NCBI GenBank assembly: GCA_965208125.1
Contig: OZ242320.1
Span: 2,208,001 to 2,272,000 of the forward strand
Direction: 5' to 3'
From: Candidatus Latescibacterota bacterium
GTDB taxonomy: Bacteria > Latescibacterota > UBA2968
Length of the DNA stretch: 64,000 nt
Both the position numbers and the translations under genes were made by a program. This document shows, piece after piece, positions 48,524-58,258 of the stretch. The number at the start of each line of letters is the position of its first letter. Within the stretch, counting starts at the first letter, position 1. The notes under the pieces are model-generated. The model was not told the origin of the DNA. It worked only from the letters and a program-made list of their open reading frames with translations, and made no database searches.

Positions 48524-49067
48524 TGTAAAGGCGATTGTGGGGCTGGGCAATCCGGGCACGCGCTATGCACAGACGCGCCACAATGTGGGGTTTTGGGTGG
48601 TTGATGCGCTGGGCAAAGATATGTCCTGGCATGCGTTTGAGTTTTGTACGTGGTGCAAGTTTTCAGATGAACTGGTGCTGGTCAAGCCGCTGACGTATAT
48701 GAATACGAGTGGTTTGGGTGTGGCGGAGGTTATGCGGTGCTTTCAGGTTGGACCAGCAGATGTGCTGATCGTGGTTGACGATGTGCATCTGAGTTTGGGG
48801 CGGTTGCGCTTCCGGCGCATGGGAAGTCACGGCGGGCACAATGGTTTGCGGTCTGTTGAACGCGCGTTGGGGTCTGCGGATTTTCCGCGGTTGCGTATCG
48901 GTATTGGGCAACCCGCCGAGGTGGATGAGATGATTGATTATGTGTTGGGTGCGTTTTCATCCGAAGATGGGGATGTGATTGTAGATGCTGTTGGGCATGC
49001 GGTTAAGGGCGCGCTTTGTTGGGCAACAGAAGGTATTGAACGGGCGATGAATCAGTATAATATGTAG
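48513..49067 (+). CDS. pth: Peptidyl-tRNA hydrolase
   Basis: IVGLGNPG..Y..TRHNVGF, KPLTYMN.SG, GSHGGHNGLRS, RLRIGIG. Confidence 0.96.
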   Translation: MSRSVKAIVGLGNPGTRYAQTRHNVGFWVVDALGKDMSWHAFEFCTWCKFSDELVLVKPLTYMNTSGLGVAEVMRCFQVGPADVLIVVDDVHLSLGRLRFRRMGSHGGHNGLRSVERALGSADFPRLRIGIGQPAEVDEMIDYVLGAFSSEDGDVIVDAVGHAVKGALCWATEGIERAMNQYNM

Positions 49068-49121
49068 GGGCGGGTTTAAAACCCGCCCGTCATTGCGGCA
49101 TGGTTTTGAGCCGCAATCCAG
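49064..49121 (+). repeat. GTAG REP (supplies the pth stop) fused to a GTCAT..ATCCAG repeat
   Basis: GTAGGGGCGGGTTTAAAACCCGCCC-GTCATTGCGGC...GCCGCAATCCAG. Confidence 0.85.
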
Positions 49122-49172
49122 AAGGTTTTGAGGTTTTGTTGTTATTGTGCGTGGATGGGTTTGGAGTTCTTT

Positions 49173-51173
49173 ATGATTGTGATTTTGGCACCTGTGTTGG
49201 GCGTGGTTGGGCTTGTTTGCGCTGGTTTGATTTATCTCTATGTCACCAGACAATCAGAGGGCACGGCGTTGATGCGAGAGATCGCAGCAGATATCCAGGA
49301 TGGTGCCGTGACCTTTTTGAAGCGCGAATACAGTGTGCTATCTGTTTTTATTGTTGCGGTGTTCGCGCTGGTGTGCTGGGGTATTAATTTGCCCACGGCC
49401 ATCTCTTTTTTGGGTGGCGCGCTTTGTTCGCTTGGCGCGGGTTTTATCGGGATGAAGGCGGCGACCAAGGCAAATGTGCGGACGGCTTATGCCGCCAATG
49501 AGAGTGGGCGGGATAAGGCGTTAAATGTCGCGTTTTCAGGTGGGGCAGTGATGGGACTCTCTGTAGCAAGTCTGGGGCTTTTTGGCGTGGGCTTGCTTTT
49601 TTATTTTTACGGCAAACCCGATCAGGCGGCTATGATTAATGGTTTTGCTATGGGGGCGAGTTCTATTGCGCTGTTTGCCCGGGTTGGGGGCGGTATTTAT
49701 ACGAAGACTGCGGATGTGGGCGCAGATCTGGTGGGTAAGGTCGAGGCCGGGATACCGGAAGACGATCCGAGAAATCCGGCTGTTATTGCAGATCATGTGG
49801 GCGACAATGTGGGCGATGTGGCCGGGATGGGGGCGGATATTTTTGAGTCTTATGTGGGGTCCATTATTGCGACGATCGCGATTGCGGCAACGGCTGGTGG
49901 CGCGGCGTTGAGCGGGTTGGGGGGCGATTCGGAGATGGTGCGGGTCGCTGCGATGCAATATCCGCTTGTCGTGGTTATGGTCGGTTTGTTGGCGTCGCTG
50001 ATCGGGGTGGGGTCCATTCGCGTTTTGCAGTCTTTAAGCCCGGATGCAGCCCTGCGCTATGCCACGTATATTTCCGCTGTTTTGATGCTTGTTGGGGCGT
50101 TTTTTGCGGCGGAATATCTCGGTTTGGCTCGCGGGGTGTTTTGGGCGATTCTCTTTGGCTGTCTCGTCGGTATTGCCATTGCACTGATGACGGAATACTA
50201 TACGGGCGGGGCGCCTGTAAAGCGCATTGCCAATTCTTCAGAGACGGGGTCGGCGACGAATATGATCGCGGGTTTGGCGGTGGGGATGGAGAGTACGACG
50301 TTGCCGGTTTTGGGGATTTGTGTTGCCATTGCCGGGTCGTTTCACTTTGCGGGGTTATACGGTATTGGTATTGCGGCTGTGGGTATGTTATCGACTGTGG
50401 GTGTTACGATGGCGGTGGATGCTTACGGTCCGATTGCAGATAATGCGGGCGGTATTTCCGAGATGGCGAATTTGGGACCGGAGACGCGCGAGATTACCGA
50501 TGAACTGGATTCGCTTGGCAATACGACGGCGGCGATTGGCAAGGGGTTTGCGATTGGTTCTGCTGCGCTGACTGCGCTGGCGCTGTTTTCCGCGTATTCG
50601 ACGGCTGTGGGGATCGAGTCTATTAATCTGGTCAAACCTCTGGTCGTGATCGGTCTGTTTTTGGGCGCTGGCGTGCCTTATTGCGTGGCGGCGTTGACGA
50701 TGACGAGTGTGGGCAATGCGGCGTTTAAGATGGTTGAAGAGGTGCGTCGCCAGTTCCGCGAGATTCCAGGGTTGATGGAGGGGACGGGCAAGCCCGATAC
50801 GCGTCGCTGTGTCGATATCAGTTCTGTCGCGGCTTTGCGCGAGATGGTGGCGCCGGGTCTGGTGGCTGTTTTGACGCCGGTTTTGGTGGGTTTTGTTCTG
50901 GGGGCAGAGGCGTTGGGCGGTATGCTGGCGGGTGCGACTGTGTCGGGTGTGTTGCTGGCGCTGATGATGGCGAATAGCGGAGGCGCGCTGGACAATGCAA
51001 AGAAGTTGATTGAAGGGGGCAATTTGGGGGGTAAGGGGTCCGAGGCGCATAAAGCTGCCGTGGTTGGCGATACGGTTGGCGATCCGTTAAAAGATACGTC
51101 CGGTCCCGCGTTGAATATTTTGATTAAGTTAATGTCGGTGGTTTCGCTGATGCTGGCTCCTTTGCTGGTGTGA
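49173..51173 (+). CDS. hppA: Membrane-bound ion-translocating pyrophosphatase (K+-dependent type)
   Basis: [50 protein letters not shown] (Ala at the K+-dependence site), GDTVGDP.KDTSGP. Confidence 0.95.
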   Translation: MIVILAPVLGVVGLVCAGLIYLYVTRQSEGTALMREIAADIQDGAVTFLKREYSVLSVFIVAVFALVCWGINLPTAISFLGGALCSLGAGFIGMKAATKANVRTAYAANESGRDKALNVAFSGGAVMGLSVASLGLFGVGLLFYFYGKPDQAAMINGFAMGASSIALFARVGGGIYTKTADVGADLVGKVEAGIPEDDPRNPAVIADHVGDNVGDVAGMGADIFESYVGSIIATIAIAATAGGAALSGLGGDSEMVRVAAMQYPLVVVMVGLLASLIGVGSIRVLQSLSPDAALRYATYISAVLMLVGAFFAAEYLGLARGVFWAILFGCLVGIAIALMTEYYTGGAPVKRIANSSETGSATNMIAGLAVGMESTTLPVLGICVAIAGSFHFAGLYGIGIAAVGMLSTVGVTMAVDAYGPIADNAGGISEMANLGPETREITDELDSLGNTTAAIGKGFAIGSAALTALALFSAYSTAVGIESINLVKPLVVIGLFLGAGVPYCVAALTMTSVGNAAFKMVEEVRRQFREIPGLMEGTGKPDTRRCVDISSVAALREMVAPGLVAVLTPVLVGFVLGAEALGGMLAGATVSGVLLALMMANSGGALDNAKKLIEGGNLGGKGSEAHKAAVVGDTVGDPLKDTSGPALNILIKLMSVVSLMLAPLLV

Positions 51174-51235
51174 GCACTTTTTTCAACCCCGTTCAGAACA
51201 CGGTATTCTGAACCACATGTCCATGGGGGATAGTT

Positions 51236-51580
51236 ATGTCACGAGAGTACGAGATGGCTTTGATTGTCGATACACAGGAGAATGTGGATGAGACGATCAA
51301 ACACTATGAGGCACTGCTCGCCGATCAGGGTGCTACGGTGGTGAATGTTGACCGCTGGGGCATGCGCAGGCTCGCTTATGAGATTCACAAGCGACAGCAG
51401 GGCGATTATACTTTTTTTCTTTTTGAGGCCGATCCGGGCGCGATTGCTGGTGTCGAGCGGGCGTGCCGTTTGGATGAGGCTGTTTTGCGGCATCTGATTC
51501 TTCAGACTGAGATTCCTCCCCAGGTGGAGGAAGAAGCGGATGCTGAAGAGGTTTCAGTAGAGGAGGACGGCGATGAATAG
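51236..51580 (+). CDS. rpsF: 30S ribosomal protein S6
   Basis: REYE, WG.RRLAYEI.K...[10 protein letters not shown]. Confidence 0.95.
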   Translation: MSREYEMALIVDTQENVDETIKHYEALLADQGATVVNVDRWGMRRLAYEIHKRQQGDYTFFLFEADPGAIAGVERACRLDEAVLRHLILQTEIPPQVEEEADAEEVSVEEDGDE

Positions 51581-51824
51581 AGGACGTTTGAAAATTTGCC
51601 ATATTTGCGAGGGTCATACGAGGTCCTGCCATTTTGAAGCACACCGTTTGGATATTCACTATAAGAATGATCGTTTGTTGCGCCGGTTTGTTACAGAGCG
51701 CGGGAAGATTGTTCCGCGGCGTATGACGGGTACGTGTGCAAAGGGGCAGCGCGCATTGGTGCGCGCGATTAAGCGCGCCCGCTTTCTCGCGCTTATGCCT
51801 TATGTGAATGATTCGGTTCGGTGA
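51573..51824 (+). CDS. rpsR: 30S ribosomal protein S18
   Basis: [26 protein letters not shown]....[13 protein letters not shown]. Confidence 0.95.
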   Translation: MNRGRLKICHICEGHTRSCHFEAHRLDIHYKNDRLLRRFVTERGKIVPRRMTGTCAKGQRALVRAIKRARFLALMPYVNDSVR

Positions 51825-51838
51825 GATAGGATGACACG

Positions 51839-52282
51839 ATGAAAATTATTCTTACAGCAGATGTGGATACGCTGGGTAATGCTGGCGATGTGGTTGAGGT
51901 GAAGGATGGCTATGCGCGAAATTTTTTGCTGCCTCGCGCAGTGGCGTTGATTGCCAATGAGCACAATATGGCGGTATATGAGAAGGTGCAGCAGCAACGC
52001 GAAGCCCAGGCGTCTCGCGCAATGCGCGAAGCAGAGACACTGGCAGAGGATCTGCAAGAGGTTTCGTGCAATGTGGCAGTTAGAGCTGGCGAAGAGGACC
52101 GCATTTTCGGATCGGTTACAGCACAACAAATATCCGTTGCACTCAGTGATCTGGGGTTTGAAATTGATCGCCGAGCCATAGAGATTGAAGAGCCGATTCG
52201 ATCATTGGGGGTATATGATATATCCATTCGCCTCCATGCAGACGTAAAGGCGTCTGTGAAGGTGTGGGTGGTGAGGGAGTAG
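51839..52282 (+). CDS. rplI: 50S ribosomal protein L9
   Basis: MKIIL..DV..LG..GDVVEVKDGYARNFLLP, IFGSVT. Confidence 0.96.
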   Translation: MKIILTADVDTLGNAGDVVEVKDGYARNFLLPRAVALIANEHNMAVYEKVQQQREAQASRAMREAETLAEDLQEVSCNVAVRAGEEDRIFGSVTAQQISVALSDLGFEIDRRAIEIEEPIRSLGVYDISIRLHADVKASVKVWVVRE

Positions 52283-52304
52283 GGGAAGGGTCACAATATT
52301 ATTA

Positions 52305-52345
52305 TAAAGCGGAAGACGCGAACACGTCTTCCGCTTTTTTATTTT
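52305..52345. terminator. Bidirectional intrinsic terminator
   Basis: AAAGCGGAAGACG-loop-CGTCTTCCGCTTTTTT. Confidence 0.85.
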
Positions 52346-53293
52346 TCATGCATTCCTCGCACACCGAAATCCCAAATTGCCCGTGGAGCTGTCCGGGGTG
52401 TTCGCGCTGCGGGCAGCTACGCGGTATCGGTTGCAGTAGGAGTCGTGACACAGGTAGGAGCCGCCGCGCATGCTTTTCGCCTGTCCGATGTGAGGTCCCG
52501 TGGGATTTACAGCGGTGCTTTTGAGGTGGAAGGTGGGGCTGAACCAGTCGCTGCACCATTCCCAGACGTTGCCCGAGATGTTGTAGATGCCATAGTTGTT
52601 GGGCGGGAATGATGTGACGGGTGCGGTGCCGATGTGTCCATCTGCCCGGGTGTTCTGTTCGGGGAATGTGCCCTGCCAGATGTTGCACATGTGTTTGCCA
52701 CCGGGTTCGAGGTCGTCTCCCCAGGGGTAGCGCATGCTTTTGAGGCCGCCCCGTGCAGCAAATTCCCATTCGGCTTCTGTGGGCAGGCGTTTTCCGGCCC
52801 AGTTGCAGTAGGCGACCGCGTCGTTCCACGAGATGTGGATGGCGGGGTGGTGCCAGCGGTTGTTGATATTTGTTCCAGGTCCTTCGGGACGGTGCCAGCA
52901 GGCGCCGTCAACAGCAAACCACCAGGGGGTATCGACGACGGTTTGCGAGATGTGCGAGGCGGTGTTGGGGGGTACAAAGAGGTGGAAGACAAAGGACCAG
53001 CCAAAGCGTTCGGCTTCGGTTTTGTACGCGGTTGCGCGGACGAATTTGGCAAAGTCGGCGTTGGTGACGGCGCATACGTCGAGGTAAAAGGGATCGACTG
53101 TGACTTCTCTCATGGGGCCTTCGCCGTCTTCTGCGAAGCCTTCGTCGCCGTCTGTGCCCATGAGAAAGGTGCCGCCCGATAGGCGGACCATGTTTTTGAG
53201 CGATGTATCACTTCTGCGTCTGTTTTTTTGTTTGCGCGTTTTTCTTTTTGTGGATGAGACAGGTCTGCTCGCACCGCAGCAGGGAGAGGACAT
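52346..53293 (-). CDS. Formylglycine-generating enzyme (SUMF1-like)
   Basis: F.MG, RLPTEAEWEFAARGG, GNVWEW, catalytic RGGSYLCHDSYCNRYR, N.GFRC; start at MSSPCC after GGAG. Confidence 0.92.
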   Translation of the reverse strand: MSSPCCGASRPVSSTKRKTRKQKNRRRSDTSLKNMVRLSGGTFLMGTDGDEGFAEDGEGPMREVTVDPFYLDVCAVTNADFAKFVRATAYKTEAERFGWSFVFHLFVPPNTASHISQTVVDTPWWFAVDGACWHRPEGPGTNINNRWHHPAIHISWNDAVAYCNWAGKRLPTEAEWEFAARGGLKSMRYPWGDDLEPGGKHMCNIWQGTFPEQNTRADGHIGTAPVTSFPPNNYGIYNISGNVWEWCSDWFSPTFHLKSTAVNPTGPHIGQAKSMRGGSYLCHDSYCNRYRVAARSANTPDSSTGNLGFRCARNA

Positions 53294-53476
53294 AGCAATT
53301 CTCCTGAGATTGTGGGTTGCGTGAATATTTATAAGATGATACCATGCGATGCACAGGCTGTCAAGAGGGGGCTGGGGGCTGGGGACTATTTCCGCTTGCT
53401 TTTTGTCTCTGTATCCTTCTATATTGTTTTTAAGTTTGGACAAAGACAATCTGGCTAATCAGGAAGGATTTCTCAC

Positions 53477-54085
53477 ATGAAAGCAATGGAAGTGATTGCC
53501 GTGCAGCTTGAGCCCAATAGCAGTCATCCGCTGGTCTGGTTAAAGGATAAGGACCAGAAGGTCGTTTTGCCCATTGCAGTTGGCAATTTTGAAGCGGCAG
53601 CGATTTATATGGAGCTCCACGGTGAGCCGCCGCCGCGTCCGATTGCGTACGATTTGTTGCGCACTATTTTAGAGGGGTTTGATGCACGCGTTGAGCAGGT
53701 GCTGGTCAGTGCGTTGCGAGACGATACGTTTTTTGCCGAGGTTACACTTGTCCGCGATGGGGAGTCGATTGTTATTGATTCGCGTCCGAGCGATGCGCTG
53801 GCATTGGCACTGCGCGTTGATGCCCCGGTTTTTGTGGCGGATCAGGTGATTGAGGAGGCGGGTCTGTCAATCGAGATGCAAGATTCTCAGGTGCCTGTTG
53901 AGGGTGGTCGGGATATTTCTATGACGCCTGCAGGAGAGGATGAAGAAGAGGTGCTCGATCCGATGGCGCAGCAGGTGGTCGCTCTCAAGGCGCGTTTGCA
54001 GGAGGCGGTCGCGCTGGAAGAGTACGAAGAAGCCGCCAGGCTGCGCGACGAGATCGGCAGGCTTGAACACAGTATCGAGAAATAA
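53477..54085 (+). CDS. Bifunctional nuclease family (DUF151) protein with UVR domain
   Basis: LPIAVG.FEA, PRP...DL, IDSRPSDA.ALA, C-terminal EEYEEAARLRDEI. Confidence 0.9.
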   Translation: MKAMEVIAVQLEPNSSHPLVWLKDKDQKVVLPIAVGNFEAAAIYMELHGEPPPRPIAYDLLRTILEGFDARVEQVLVSALRDDTFFAEVTLVRDGESIVIDSRPSDALALALRVDAPVFVADQVIEEAGLSIEMQDSQVPVEGGRDISMTPAGEDEEEVLDPMAQQVVALKARLQEAVALEEYEEAARLRDEIGRLEHSIEK

Positions 54086-54146
54086 CCGCGTTATAGTAAT
54101 TTGTAGGGGACGGCCCCCGTGCCGTCCCGTGCGATCCAGTATTGAA

Positions 54147-54388
54147 ATAAAAGTACATATCTTTCACACTATCCCCTCCTCCATAGATCAAAACTTACAC
54201 GCTTACCTCCCAGCGCGTTCCATTTGTATGTATCTCCAAAGGTGCTTCCTGCATTCAAGTTAGGGGCGCAATATAGCATATTAAAAGCATGATGAGGATA
54301 CTTGAACTTCTGCCCACACAATTTATCACTCAATTTCTGTGATGTTGGCTTGATATTTGCTTGGGGTCTAACTGTTGCGTGTGTTCAT
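54147..54388 (+). repeat. ~240-bp AT-rich direct repeat, copy 1
   Basis: Highly similar to 55290-55530, with about 100 bp of identical core and one 1-nt indel. Confidence 0.9.
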
Positions 54389-54467
54389 GCGACGAATTTT
54401 TGGGTCGGTTGATGATATTGAGTGGGTTAGCGTATGCTCCAACACTAATCACTGGAGTATTTGAGTT

Positions 54468-54665
54468 ATGCAAATGCCAACCATCGAAACGCGCGTTGCT
54501 TCTCTTGAAGCAGTCCAGACGCAAATGAATGATCGGTTAGGCAACATTGAACAGGAATTGCGAGAAATAAGACGGGATGCACGGCAAAACACCCGCTGGT
54601 TTGTCGGCATTCAGCTTACTACGTTTATCACGCTTGCAACTCTTATACTGCTCAGACTTGGATAA
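54468..54665 (+). CDS. Small coiled-coil protein with C-terminal TM helix (XhlA/CCDC90-like)
   Basis: GGAG RBS; ETRVASLE...RLGNIEQELREIR...RWFVGIQLTTFITLATLILL. Confidence 0.7.
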   Translation: MQMPTIETRVASLEAVQTQMNDRLGNIEQELREIRRDARQNTRWFVGIQLTTFITLATLILLRLG

Positions 54666-54779
54666 AAAAAGGGCGTCTTGAATCTCACACACTCAGGACT
54701 TCCCAGAAGGTTTTTAGTTTTCTTCAAGTGCCTCCAGGTCGGCCAGGTCTTTTTGCCGACCAGTGAGGCGCTTGTTTTT

Positions 54780-55234
54780 TATTCGTTGAGGTCGCCTCAG
54801 ATGGCAACGAGAAGGACGACGAGGCGGCGGCATTTTGGGGAGACGTCGGCGCGGGTCGCGCTATTGGCTGGCGCGTTCTGGTATGAGTTGGTGGGGTTTG
54901 CCCACAAGCCGATGACTGAGTTTGTGGCTACGGCTTTGCTGATGGTGTTGCTGGTGCTGTGTGTGCGGTCGGCGGTGGATAGGGGGCGGACGGTCTGGTT
55001 GATGGCGCTTGTGGCGGTGCCACGCTCGGCATGGCGGTTTTGTGCCGTCCGACGAGTGCTGTGGTGGTTGTTTGCGTGGGGGCATATTTGTTGTGGGTGA
55101 ACCGCCGCGGGTTCGTTGCTTTTGTGCTTGGGGGGATACCGTTCGCCGTCGTCCTTGCCGCGTATAATGGCTACTACTTTGGTAATGTCCTCGAGTTTGG
55201 GCAGACGATTACAGGGCGCTTAAAAAAAGATTGA
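54780..55234 (+). pseudogene. Fragments of GT-C-type membrane glycosyltransferase gene(s)
   Basis: FWYELVGFAHKPMTEFVATALL and LCRP.....AYN.YYFG motifs in different frames; no intact ORF. Confidence 0.45.
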
Positions 55235-55289
55235 TGCAGGTATATACCAGCAAGAAAATGCCGATTCTCTATCTTTCTTCGAGGGAATG

Positions 55290-55530
55290 ATAAAGGTACA
55301 TATTTTTCACGATATCCCATCCTTCATGGATCAAAACTTACACTCTTACCTTTCAGCGCGTTCCATGTGTATGTATCTCCAAAGGTGCTTCCTGCATTCA
55401 AGTTAGGGGCGCAATATAGCATATTAAAAGCATGATGAGGATACTTGAACTTCTGCCCACACAATTTATCGCTCAATTCTGTGATGTTGGCCTGATATTT
55501 GCTCAGGGTCTGACTGTTGCGTGTGTTTAT
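55290..55530 (+). repeat. ~240-bp AT-rich direct repeat, copy 2 (contains minus-strand 71-aa ORF 55324..55539)
   Basis: See copy 1. Confidence 0.9.
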
Positions 55531-55562
55531 AGAATTCACCCATCAGACCCAGGGCATCCCAC

Positions 55563-56513
55563 ATGGCCGAATATGACTCTGTCTCCAAAGATCTGATCCA
55601 GACCTATCCCAAAGACTTCATCCGACTCACACTTGAACAGGACGATGTAGAAGTCCTGGACATACTCGATACAGAGCAAAACACGGTTGATACACGACAT
55701 ACCGATAGCCTTATCCGTGTCCATATCGCGGGTGAGGAGGCATTGATCCATCACGAGTTTCAGACGACCGACGATCCATCTATGCCGCTGCGCATGGCAG
55801 GCTATATTATACGGGCGATAGAGCAGCACGGTCTGCCGGTTTCTTCGAGTGTGATCTATTTGCGGCGCAGTGCTGGTCGGCGCGATCCGGGGTATTATAT
55901 CCAGGATTTTCTCGGCCGTCGCGTTTTGTTAGAATACACAGTGATTCGGTTGAGTGAGATAGAAGGACAGGATATTCTTGATGGCGGACCTTCGGGCTTG
56001 TTCCCGTTCGTGCCGTTGATGAAACGTCCTGTTGAGATAGATTCAGAGGCGTGGTTGCATCACTGTGTTGACGCGACGAATGCGTTGCCAGTGGATGAAT
56101 CAATAAAGGTTGACTTTTTGGGTCGGTTGATGATATTGAGTGGGTTAGAGTATGATCAGACACTGATCAATCGCATTCTCTTACAGGAGGGTCTTATGGA
56201 TGCCATTATGCGCGAATCGTCGTTTGCACAATACATTAAGCAACAAGGCAGAGAGGAAGGCAGAGAGGAAGGCAGAGAGGAAGGTATTGAGCAAGGTATT
56301 GAGCAAGGTATTGAGCAGGGTATTGAGCAGGGTGGCAGGCAACGCGCCATTGAAGATCTTCTCGATGTGTTGGAAATTCGATTTGACCTGAGTGAAGCAC
56401 ATCCCTTATCTGCTCGCATTGCCGCGATTGATGATTTACAACGTCTCAAGCAGTTGCTTCGCTCGGCGGTTCAGGTGTCCAGCCTTGAGGCATTTGAGCA
56501 AGTGTTGGAATAA
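55563..56513 (+). CDS. Rpn/YhgA-like PD-(D/E)XK nuclease-family protein
   Basis: YD..SK.L, RHTDSL...IHHEFQT....MPLRM..Y, and tandem EEGR/EQGI repeats (56249-56333) before a helical C-terminal domain. Confidence 0.8.
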   Translation: MAEYDSVSKDLIQTYPKDFIRLTLEQDDVEVLDILDTEQNTVDTRHTDSLIRVHIAGEEALIHHEFQTTDDPSMPLRMAGYIIRAIEQHGLPVSSSVIYLRRSAGRRDPGYYIQDFLGRRVLLEYTVIRLSEIEGQDILDGGPSGLFPFVPLMKRPVEIDSEAWLHHCVDATNALPVDESIKVDFLGRLMILSGLEYDQTLINRILLQEGLMDAIMRESSFAQYIKQQGREEGREEGREEGIEQGIEQGIEQGIEQGGRQRAIEDLLDVLEIRFDLSEAHPLSARIAAIDDLQRLKQLLRSAVQVSSLEAFEQVLE

Positions 56514-56667
56514 AGGAGGAAGTGTGAAGTGTGAAGGGTGAAGTGTGAAGGGTGAAATGAGTAGAAACACCAGCCTTTTGGGGGTTGGGACGGGTTTTCT
56601 TCCTTCTAACTTCCCCTGGCCGCGATCCAGAAGGTTTTTAGCTTTATATACAGGACATTATTCATAC

Positions 56668-56946
56668 ATGACCAGAACATTTACCTATACTCAGGCACGC
56701 GCCAGACTCGCCAGTCTCTGCAAAGATGTAACCGATGACAGTGATTACGTCATTATCACTCGTCGGGGGCATGAAGATGTCGCTTTGATTTCTGCGTCCG
56801 AGCTTTCCAGCCTTATAGAAACCGCTCATCTTCTCAGTTCGCCCAAAAATGCAAAACGACTGGCAACAGCACTAAACCGGGCAAAAGCCGGTACAGAACC
56901 CGCTCAATCTGTTGACGACTTGCGCCGAGAGGTTGGGCTGGAATAA
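56668..56946 (+). CDS. yefM: Phd/YefM antitoxin
   Basis: TYTQARARLA, IITRRG..DVALIS, ETAHLL.SPKNAKRL. Confidence 0.9.
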   Translation: MTRTFTYTQARARLASLCKDVTDDSDYVIITRRGHEDVALISASELSSLIETAHLLSSPKNAKRLATALNRAKAGTEPAQSVDDLRREVGLE

Positions 56947-56948
56947 TA

Positions 56949-57395
56949 ATGCGCGATGCTGTTTTTCATCCAGAATTTCGTACAGACCTGCACTATTGGG
57001 TTCAAACGGATCGCAAGATAGCCCTTCGCGTTTTGACGCTTGTGGAAGCGATTCTGCGAGATCCTTTCAAAGGGATTGGCAAACCAGAACGACTCAAATA
57101 CTTTGATCGCAATACCTGGTCTCGCCGTTTGACACGCGAACATCGCATTGTCTATTCCGTCAGCCATATTGTGTCGGCGGATACCAGTCTCGCCAGTCCC
57201 ATTCCCGGCTATACGGTGGAGAAGCAATTCGGCGATGTCCAGATCTGGCGCCGCGACGAGAATGATGCGCCGGTCCGTCAATGGGAGGTGTACAATCCGA
57301 TTGTTGTCGGGAATTTGGATCAGATTATGAAGCAAGTTGATCCCAATGCGCCAAAACCCCCACCCAATAATGGCATCCGATTCGTAGTCTTTTGA
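56949..57395 (+). CDS. yoeB: Txe/YoeB toxin with replaced (chimeric) C-terminus
   Basis: DL.YW...DRK, RDPFKGIGKPERLK, WSRRLT.EHRIVY, then about 75 unrelated residues instead of the RYHY end. Confidence 0.75.
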   Translation: MRDAVFHPEFRTDLHYWVQTDRKIALRVLTLVEAILRDPFKGIGKPERLKYFDRNTWSRRLTREHRIVYSVSHIVSADTSLASPIPGYTVEKQFGDVQIWRRDENDAPVRQWEVYNPIVVGNLDQIMKQVDPNAPKPPPNNGIRFVVF

Positions 57396-57512
57396 TTTTA
57401 TCCTGTCCATCCTTTCATCCTGCCCATCCTGATCTTAATTGCTTTTGTTCTTCCCCCATATTCCTTATATTCCTTATATATTGAGGTCGAAATAAAATAA
57501 GATGAGGCAGTT

Positions 57513-57665
57513 ATGACAGAAATAACGATTATTGCCGTTGGCATTGGTCTTGCGGGTGTGATTTGGTACGATAATCGGCTCTGGCGTAAGGACCGGGAGA
57601 AATGGGAACAGGAGATGCGGCTTAAGAATATAGAAGCGCGGCTTAAGAGGCTGGAGTGTGATTAG
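57513..57665 (+). CDS. 50-aa N-terminal-TM coiled-coil protein
   Basis: GAGG RBS; MTEITIIAVGIGLAGVIWYDNRLWRKDREKWEQEMRLKNIEARLKRLECD*; paralog of the next ORF. Confidence 0.6.
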   Translation: MTEITIIAVGIGLAGVIWYDNRLWRKDREKWEQEMRLKNIEARLKRLECD

Positions 57666-57717
57666 GATGGTTTGAACATAATCCCAGAGACGCTCAAATG
57701 TTAGCTTGGAGGCGGTT

Positions 57718-57936
57718 ATGACAGAAATGATAACGATTATTGCCGTTGGCATTGGTCTTGCGGGGTTGATTTTGAATGGTCAAAAGAATGCTCGTGAGGA
57801 TACAAAGAGCTTAGAAGCACGGCTTGAAAAGTTGGAAGTGCGGATGGGTACGATGGAGCGTCAACAGGCGAAGTTGGAAGACTTGCTTGAGGGCTTGCGC
57901 GAAGCCATATCTGGCCGGGCACCCGCCAGCCGTTAG
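57718..57936 (+). CDS. Small N-terminal-TM coiled-coil protein
   Basis: GGAGG RBS; MTEMITIIAVGIGLAGLIL...LEARLEKLEVRM..MERQQAKLEDLLEGLR. Confidence 0.7.
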   Translation: MTEMITIIAVGIGLAGLILNGQKNAREDTKSLEARLEKLEVRMGTMERQQAKLEDLLEGLREAISGRAPASR

Positions 57937-57975
57937 TTGATGTTCGCTCATTATTCATAAACGATAGGATACATA

Positions 57976-58248
57976 ATGCAACTTCCCTCAGCAGAAAGTA
58001 GAATGGCCGACATTGACACTCGCCTGAGTCGAATAGAGGGGATTGTCGATCAAATCGTACAGCGGTTGACCAGCCTGGAAGGTCGCATGAACAGTCTGGT
58101 CAATCGCCTGGACAATATGGATATGCGTCTGGACAATATGGAAGGGCGCATGGCCAGCCATTTGAAATGGATTATTGGACTTCTCCTGACCATTCTGATC
58201 GCCATTTTCGGCACGTCAATTACCATTTTGATGAATCTCCCCAAATAG
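57976..58248 (+). CDS. Small coiled-coil protein with C-terminal TM helix
   Basis: Heptads RLSRIEG/RLTSLEG/RLDNMD/RLDNMEG, then KWIIGLLLTILIAIF. Confidence 0.7.
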   Translation: MQLPSAESRMADIDTRLSRIEGIVDQIVQRLTSLEGRMNSLVNRLDNMDMRLDNMEGRMASHLKWIIGLLLTILIAIFGTSITILMNLPK

Positions 58249-58258
58249 GGCGGGCTTT

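Noticed and set aside
52346-53293. FGE gene as a DGR target or partner of the 3033-3343 fragment
   Set aside because: It retains the catalytic CHDSYC motif of true FGE and shares no near-identical DNA with the fragment.
54147-55530. Direct-repeat pair as a DGR template/variable repeat
   Set aside because: Mismatches are not confined to adenines on either strand and no reverse transcriptase is present.
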